A stretch of 64,000 nucleotides of DNA from contig OX597815.1 of the NCBI GenBank assembly GCA_951406725.2, positions 38,688,001 to 38,752,000 of the forward strand. Direction: 5' to 3'. The notes beneath the pieces are model-generated. The model was not told where the DNA came from and searched no databases. It worked only from the letters and a program-made list of their open reading frames with translations. This DNA is from Octopus vulgaris (Eukaryota). Numbering within the stretch: the first letter of the stretch is position 1; each line of letters begins with the position of its first letter. Shown here in pieces: positions 55,927-64,000 of this stretch. A program made the translations under genes and the position numbers.

Positions 55927-56089
55927 GACGCAGGTGTGGGTGTGTGGTAAGAAACTTGCTTTCTAACACCATGGTTTCGGGTTCAGTCCCACTGCGTGGC
56001 ACCTTGGGTATGTGTCTTCTACTATAGCCTCGGGCCGACCAAAGCATTGTAGGTGGATTTGGTAGACCGAAACTAAAAGAAGCCCGTCG

Positions 56090-56165
<76 letters not shown>

Positions 56166-56295
56166 GAGACCTATAGAATAAGTACTAGGCTTACAAACAA
56201 TAAGTTCTGGGACGATTTCTTCGACTTTAGCGGTGCTCCAGTATAGCCACAGTCAAATAACTGAAACGTGTAAAACAGTAATAGAGTAAAAGAGC
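55927..56295 (+). mobile_element. SINE family 1 copy with internal deletion
   Basis: Matches the head and tail of 2793-3213. Confidence 0.8.
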
Positions 56296-56338
56296 TAGCT
56301 AGCTTGACAGACAGACAGACAGACAGACAGGCAGACAT

Positions 56339-56401
<63 letters not shown>

Positions 56402-56926
56402 TTATACATATATATTATAATTGCGGGAATAGGTAACACGCAGGCGTTCACCTAAGCAAATTTCATGCAGGAACCGAGGTAAGACAGTGTTGGAAAACTG
56501 ATATAAAAGTTACAACTTGTAATTAACCAAAGAGTAATTGGTTATACTTCGGTCAATTATTAAAGAGCACTTCGTCAATCCAAGAAATTTTATATCAAAT
56601 AAGTATGTTATAATCCTCACGGAGTCAATAACAATAACTTTAATTGATGAAAAGAGATCTCAAATCAATATGTACGTTTCGATAAACGAACGCCATTTGT
56701 TTCGTATCATTAATAAAGTTATGCACTTGTTATGCATAATTTATGAGTTGATTGTGAATCAAAGTATGTCTAGGAAAGTCGATGAACTCTAATTTGATCG
56801 CATAAAATTGCATAATTTGTGCGTAATATGAAATAAATGGCTTTCGATTACCGAAACGTACGTAGCATCGGTTTGAATTCTGTTAAAATTATTGTGTGTG
56901 TGAGCAATAATTATATAATACAAATA

Positions 56927-56984
<58 letters not shown>

Positions 56985-57019
56985 CAACAGCAATATTAAC
57001 AGCAACAAGAACAAAAAGA

Positions 57020-57580
57020 TGAAGCCTGTCCAAGTAGTAGAAAACGAAGATATCACCATTTTCTGAGATTTTAGTATTTATACTGATCAGATAGGGTGGC
57101 ATAAAATAACATTAACAAAACAAGCTTGCTCATAGATATGTAGATCCCAGAAGACTGCAACACATCTGTAAAAGAACACTTGGGATGTTAGGTAAATGCA
57201 AGAATCTTGGTATAAAGGCCTCAAAAGTGTGTTATTTATGAACAAGAACTGTACCTGTAATCATGGGAGTTTTGGGAGATAATACTAAATGACGTTCTTA
57301 AACGCTATTGCCAAATACCATGGAACCCAAAAGCATCATAACTATACAAAATTGTTCTTTTGGGGACTCCACACATCCGAAAAAATAAAACAATATTAAC
57401 TTGAAAATACTTGATTCACTTAGAACATTTCAGTTTACTAATTTAACAATGTCTTAGACCCCAGATACTAGTTTCCATTTCCTTCAAACTATCATTGCAG
57501 ATCATAGGTGCATAAAAACCTTCAGTGTAATACTAGTAGCGCTTTCTGAGACTAACAGCAACTCGCATAAAACAAAGCAA
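57020..57580 (+). mobile_element. Strongly decayed R4/Dong-type 3' fragment, family G
   Basis: VVENEDITIF*DFSIYTD...LLIDM...RTVPVIMG.LG...LLPNT...IQNCSFG; lies between (GAT)n and (AAC)/(AAT)n tracts. Confidence 0.65.
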
Positions 57581-57690
57581 TAACAACGACATAATCAACA
57601 ACAACAACAGCAAGAGCAACAATAATAATAATAACAATAATAATAATAATAATAATAATAATTATAATAATATTAATAATACTGATGATA

Positions 57691-57722
<32 letters not shown>

Positions 57723-57880
57723 AATAATAATAATAATAATAATTATAATAATAATTATTATAATAATAATAATAATAATTATAATTATAATAATAATAAT
57801 AATTATTATTATAATAATAATAATAATTATAATAACAATAATAATAATAACAATGATGATAATAATAATAATAATAATAA

Positions 57881-57933
<53 letters not shown>
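57580..57933. repeat. Long compound (AAT)n-type microsatellite
   Basis: Direct reading. Confidence 0.95.
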
Positions 57934-57934
<1 letters not shown>

Positions 57935-60900
57935 GTTTTTTACGATGCTCTGAACTGGCAACAGCGAACCCAGCAGGTCAACTGTAGAAAACTGGAAGAT
58001 CTACTGTTTACTGTAAGTAATTTGAATTACCCTCAAAATAAGTAAAAAAAAAACTTACATATCTACAGCTCATACAAACGTACACCTAACAAGAAAAATT
58101 AGAAACATAAATATCTCCAATTCTGTGTGAACATTTACATTTAGTCGTCTCTCATGACTATAAGAATGTGTAAAATTGCCTTTTAAATTACCTTTTATTG
58201 TAACAACACAATTATATGCACGATAAAAAGTTATGAAATTAAGCACCTACTACTATATACATACAACTGAATTCAGAAATTTAAAAATATATACATAACA
58301 TTGAACTCAGAAAGTTATTTAAAAAAAGAAAAAAAAATCTTCGACGAAAACATCAGATAATATGTGTGAGTGAATATACATATATATACATATACATATG
58401 CATGTGGTGAAGAAGAAAAGAAAGAAAGGAAAAAAAAAAAATAAATAAATAAATAAATAAACGTAAAAAGGTTTGACCTTTTACTGACCATTAACGTCCT
58501 TTGTCTCCACCATCTACCGTGGCTATTTATAGACCCAAAGAACATGAATTCTTTAACCACCCATTCTCCAACACAATGGAGTGTTGATGGTGGCTGTGGC
58601 TACACATAAAACAATGTCATTGAAGATGATGATGGTGATGGTGATGTTGCTGATGATGGTGATGGTGGTGAAGATGATAGTAATAACAATAATAACTGAC
58701 AGATCCCGTCTTTTTCCCTTTCTTTTCGTTTCCTTCTCCGTATTTTATTCTCATTATTTCGAACTAATACAGACACAGTAAGCCTTGAAGAAAGGAAGAG
58801 GAGGAAAGGAAAAAAAAAAAAAAAAAAATGTCCGGAGATAAAACTATCAACAAAAAAAATACAGACGAATATAGATCTGCTAGTCTTAAGAAGCGGCGCT
58901 ATGAGCAATGCTTACATGTAGTGAACCCTAAACTGACAGATCCATCTCCTAATATAAGAATGGATGCTCGTCATGCTTCAAGGTCAACAAATCAAACAAT
59001 AAACCGCATTGGTCATTGCGCGGATTACAAAAGACCACGTACCCGAAAATTGAACCAAATCCTGATTGAAAAATCAGTTACTGGATCAAATCTTCCCAAC
59101 ACACAGGAGCTGGACGAACCCCACAACCGGAATATTCCAACAGATGGCCATCCATGCTCATCACCAAATAATCAAAAGAAAAAGAAGGAAAAATGGTCTA
59201 GGGAAGATAATAAAGAAGTTCTTGAGGCCTTCTACCATGCCATATATTTCCCCACAGATAAGTCTAGCACTGTACAAGCATACTTAAACTGGAGACAGAA
59301 ACACCCTGAAGTAAGACCCTACATAGACAGTAACAAGCTTGCCAATGTTAGAAGAAACATTATAAAAAAGAAATTACTGACTGAAGTAGAGATTGATCAG
59401 GTTAGACAAGCAATATCGGATAAAATGAACGAAGCTGCAGCTAGAGAAGATAATACAGAGGAAATGATTATAGACCAGCCCAGGGCGGATAAAAACGAAG
59501 AGAGGATTGAAAGAGTTAGTATAAGTGATAGGCAAAGTGAAATACGCCCTGAATCAATCATAAACACTAAGACAGATGAGCATCAAATAGATAAAGAAAG
59601 TCATACAAATATTGACCCAACAGAACTACATGAGCTAAAAAATCAAATCATGATTGAATGGCTGAAAATTAAAGAAACCAGCATGGATGAGCGTGATACA
59701 CTTCCTAAAATCCGCAACTCTAACCAAAACATGAAAATAATTGGTAAAATCCGGCTTGCACTTAAGGATATAATTTCAGTTAATGATGTTGATATCACAA
59801 ACCTCAACCACCTATACTATGCATCCGCGAAAATCTCAACGATCCTATGTGGTGTAAAGATTAGAAAACGGCAACAGTCCCACAAAAAGCCTTCTTGGCA
59901 AGAGCGTCTGCAACAACAAATTAAAATATTTAGATCTGACATTGAATATTTGAAAAACCTTAAGGCTCACAAGATTACCAAACCTACAAAAACCCAAAAA
60001 TTACTGAAAAAATACAATATGAAAACTATACTTGATATTGATGCCACCATAGAAACCATCAAACAAAAGGTATCTGCCAAAGCTGCCCGCATAGCGAGGT
60101 ATGAAAAGCGTGTTAGATTTTTCAAGGACAACAACATGTTCAAAAATAACACCAAGAATTTTTACAGGAAGATAGGAAAAACAGCGTTTACTGTAGGGTC
60201 TGTACCATCAAAAGAAGAAGTGCAGAGATTTTGGAATAAAATCTGGGCAGAAGAAAAAACACACAACGAAAAGGCCCCCTGGATTGACAGAATATCTACA
60301 GAACTGGACCCCTTAGAAGAGCAAAAGTGGGAGGGTGTCAAGGTAGAAGATATAAGATCTGCTCTCAGGAGGTCAAGCAAATGGAAGTCTCCAGGAAAGG
60401 ATAAAATTCCTAACTTCTGGCTGAATGCCTTCCCAGAGAGCCATGAACTGCTAACAGAACTGTACAATGATGTTTTGCAACACCCTAGTAGGATGCCTCC
60501 TTGGCTAGTTAATGGGTTAACATTCCTGCTTCCAAAAAGTGAAGAAACAAATGAACCAAAAAACTATAGACCCATAACCTGCTTAACAACTATGTACAAA
60601 ACACTAACATCTGTCCTGACGGAATATACCTATAGTTTTTTAACAGACAGCAGCATATTCCCTAATGAACAGAAAGGATGTAAACGTGGATCCTACGGCT
60701 GTAAAGACCAACTACTCATCAATAAGATGATCTTAGAAGATTGTCACAAACGACACAAAAACTTATCAATAGCCTGGATAGACTATAAAAAGGCTTTTGA
60801 TAGCCTACCACATAGCTGGATTAGGAAATGTCTTGAAATGTATAAGATAGCACCAACTCTGCGAAACTTCTTGACTGTAAGTATGAGATCATGGAGAACC

Positions 60901-62835
60901 ACACTAACTCTGAACAGTGACAGTGAATCCCTAAATGCTGGTGATGTAAAAATTTCGTGTGGCATTTTCCAGGGTGACTCACTGTCACCACTCCTCTTTT
61001 GTTTATCCTTAATACCTCTCTCAAAGCTGCTCAATGACGCGCAGTACGGGTATAAAATGTTTGATAAAAATATAAATCATCTCGTTTACATGGATGATTT
61101 AAAGCTTTTTGCAAAAAATGATCAACAACTCAAGGGCTTACTAGCGATAGTCAAACAATTCAGTGACGACATCAGAATGCAATTCGGCCTCGATAAATGT
61201 GCAAAGGCTACCTTTATCAAAGGAAAAATGACAGAAACATCTAACGTTAACCTTGACCAACGTTAACCTTGACCAGAGCTACAAGTACCTAGGGATAATT
61301 GAAGGGAACGGAATAAGGCATTCAGAGATGAAGGAAAGGATCAGGAGAGAATGCTATCGAAGAGTGAGAGCAATACTCAAGACAGAGCTGAATGCAAGAA
61401 ACAGGATCGAAGCAATCAATGCATTAGCTATACCAGTCGTGACTTACAGTTTCAATATTGTTAACTGGTCAATTACTGAAATATGTCAGCTCGACAGAAA
61501 AATAAGGAAACTGTTGACAATGCATAGAAGGCAGATACAGAACGACTCTATCTGCCAAGAAAAGAGGGAGGCCGTGGTCTTTTGCAACTGGCAATAACAA
61601 TGAAGATTGCTACAATTGGCCTAGACACCTACCTGAAAAACTCTGAGGACTGGATGCTAAAACTTGTCTCAAAACATGAAAACAAGAAAGCATCATACTC
61701 AGTCACAAAACAGGCAAAGGAATATCTAAGTGAATTCCGAATACAACCAATTTCGGAATTAGAGATAGATATACAAGAAACAAGCACAGAAAAAGCTAGG
61801 CGCATGAAAACCCGTGCCAAAACTGCGGCCTTAGATATTCTGAATAATAAATGGCAAGAAAAACCTCTCTATGGCAAATACCCAAAGAGAGCGAATAATG
61901 CAGATATCGACAAAGCCCTGACCCATCAATGGCTAATGGCCTCTGGCTTAAAATCTGAAACAGAGGGGTTTATCATAGCAGCTCAAGATCAATGCCTACC
62001 AACAAGAAACTACCAGGCCAACATATTAAAGATCAGAAGCAGTCCAACGTGTCGTGTATGCAAGCAACAAAATGAAACCATTGACCATGTGGTCTCCAAG
62101 TGCAGTCTTCTAGCGCCTACAGAGTATCTCAACAGGCACGATAGAGCTGCACAATATATTCACTGGGTAATCTGTAAAAACCTGGATTTGCCCCATGAAA
62201 AAAACTGGTGGGAACACAAACCACCCCCAGTGCTTGAAAATGACCACATCTCACTCCTCTGGAACTTCACCATTCAAACTGACAGGAAGATAGATGCAAA
62301 TAGGCCAGACATCATATTGAAAAACTTCAAACAAAGAACATGCCTCCTCATTGATATGACTGTCCCAATCGATATAAACGTATCTGTTAAGACCTACCAA
62401 AAACTGAGCAAATATAAAGATCTTGAAATAGAAATCAGCAAAATGTGGAAGCTGAAGACTAAAACAATACCTGTTGTCATAGGTGCCCTGGGAATGATAG
62501 CAAAAGGGGCTGATAGCTACCTAACTCAGATACCAGGAAACCCAAAAATGGCAGAAGTTCAAAAGATAGTGCTCATGGGAACTGCTCATATCCTACGCAA
62601 AATACTCTCTATGTAATCTCAAGGTTTAAAACAAACATAATTTTCGGTTTAAAAAAAAAAAAAAAAAAAAAACCTTTTTTTTTTTAGACATTCATTAGTA
62701 CAACATCCCCACCCCCCAAATATATGGCACACTAGGCATAACAACAACATGAACTTCCAACCCTGTTGTCTCTTGAGGTCTCTGGGTGAGACTTGGAGCC
62801 AACTTGTACAAATATAAAGCAAAAGTCAAACATAG
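57934..62835 (+). mobile_element. Near-full-length (~4.9 kb) R4/Dong-clade RLE non-LTR retrotransposon, family B, inserted in (TAA)n
   Basis: ~0.9-kb 5' region, single-ORF architecture (N-terminal domain, RT, CCHC, PD-(D/E)xK), 3' UTR; (AAT)n on both sides. Confidence 0.93.
58828..62616 (+). pseudogene. Family B retrotransposon protein (Myb-like N-terminus, RT, zinc knuckle, restriction-like endonuclease), broken by two indels
   Basis: ORFs 58828..61266 (KWSREDNKEVLEAFY; KWKSPGKD; NYRPITCL; GIFQGDSLSP; YMDDLK), 61253..61597 and 61582..62616 (CRVC-H-C, RHD, RPD, KLSKY). Confidence 0.9.
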
Positions 62836-62854
62836 AATAATAATAATAATAATA

Positions 62855-62914
<60 letters not shown>

Positions 62915-62925
62915 ATAATAATAAT

Positions 62926-63011
<86 letters not shown>

Positions 63012-63016
<5 letters not shown>

Positions 63017-63820
63017 GACAAAGAAAAATCCCAGCAATGGTTGAGAAGCTCAGGACTCAAAGCAGAAACAGGGATTTTTAATTGCAGCACAAGACCAAAG
63101 CCTCCACACCAGAAATTACCAAAAACATGTAATGAAAAGAAATATTACAAGTAACTGCAGAATATGTGGAGATGGACAAGAAACAATAAATCATATTATC
63201 TCTAGCTGCCCAGTCCTGGCTAAGAAGGAATATATTCCCAGACATGACAAAGTTGGAACCTACATACATTGGAAGCTATGCCAACATTATGGAATAACAA
63301 CAGAAAAAAGATGGTATAGGCACACACCAGAAAAGGTCACAGAAAACGAGAAAGCAACCATACTCTGGGATATGCCGATACACACAGATAGAGAAATTAA
63401 GGCCAACAGACCAGATATAGTTGTCAGAGATCATGAAGAGAAAAAATGCTTTCTAATTGATGTATCAATACCGGCAGATGACAACGTGTCTCTAAAAGAA
63501 ATGGAGAAACTCTCAAAATACAAAAACCTGGAAATAGAGGTAACTAGAATGTGGAATCTGAAAACAGAAACAATTCCTATCATAGTAGGTGCATTAGGCA
63601 TGATAAAAAAATATTCAGACAAATACATAACAAAAACACCAAGACTTACAAACACATATAACATACAGAAAATTGCACTACTAGGCACTGCACACATCCT
63701 ACGCAGAACACTTTCCATACAATAACCATCAGAGCATCACAACAAATCACAGCACATACCCAAGGCACACAGAGCTGCGCTCGGTAGTGAAGTGAAAGCA
63801 CGCTATAAAAATAAAACTAC

Positions 63821-63821
<1 letters not shown>
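63012..63821 (+). mobile_element. 5'-truncated family A element
   Basis: Nearly identical to 43854-44665; ORF 63132..63725. Confidence 0.93.
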
Positions 63822-63908
<87 letters not shown>

Positions 63909-63931
63909 TGGTAATGATGATAATAATAATC

Positions 63932-63972
<41 letters not shown>

Positions 63973-64000
63973 GATGATGATGATGATGATGATAATGATG
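63822..64000. repeat. (AAT)n/(GAT)n microsatellite
   Basis: Direct reading. Confidence 0.95.

Overview
AT-rich, microsatellite-dense eukaryotic DNA. The SINE and repeat families resemble those of a coleoid cephalopod (Octopus-like), which is an inference. The window holds the 3' part of one spliced + strand host gene: five GT-AG exons that join in phase (1284-1561, 15456-17938, 30174-30599, 35990-36198, 38012-38211). They encode a long disordered S/P/T-rich protein ending in a KIAA1614-like PDZ domain. Most other recognisable sequence is transposable. The dominant signal is three clusters (about 9.1-12.2 kb, 41.7-49.35 kb and 56.9-64 kb) of R4/Dong-type RLE non-LTR retrotransposons. These belong to roughly seven families (labelled A-G here by 3' UTR), are almost all co-oriented with (TAA)n, and are interleaved with a ~570-bp non-coding passenger element. 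The clusters include one near-full-length copy, a TSD readable inside the microsatellite, two clear and one candidate snap-back 5' junctions, and a 3' UTR motif shared across families. Also present are RTE and Tx1/L1 relics, two SINE families, nested mariners, Tc1/MITE relics, several minimal type I hammerhead ribozyme motifs, a long inverted repeat and a 220-bp direct repeat pair. All calls are by eye; no database search was run.
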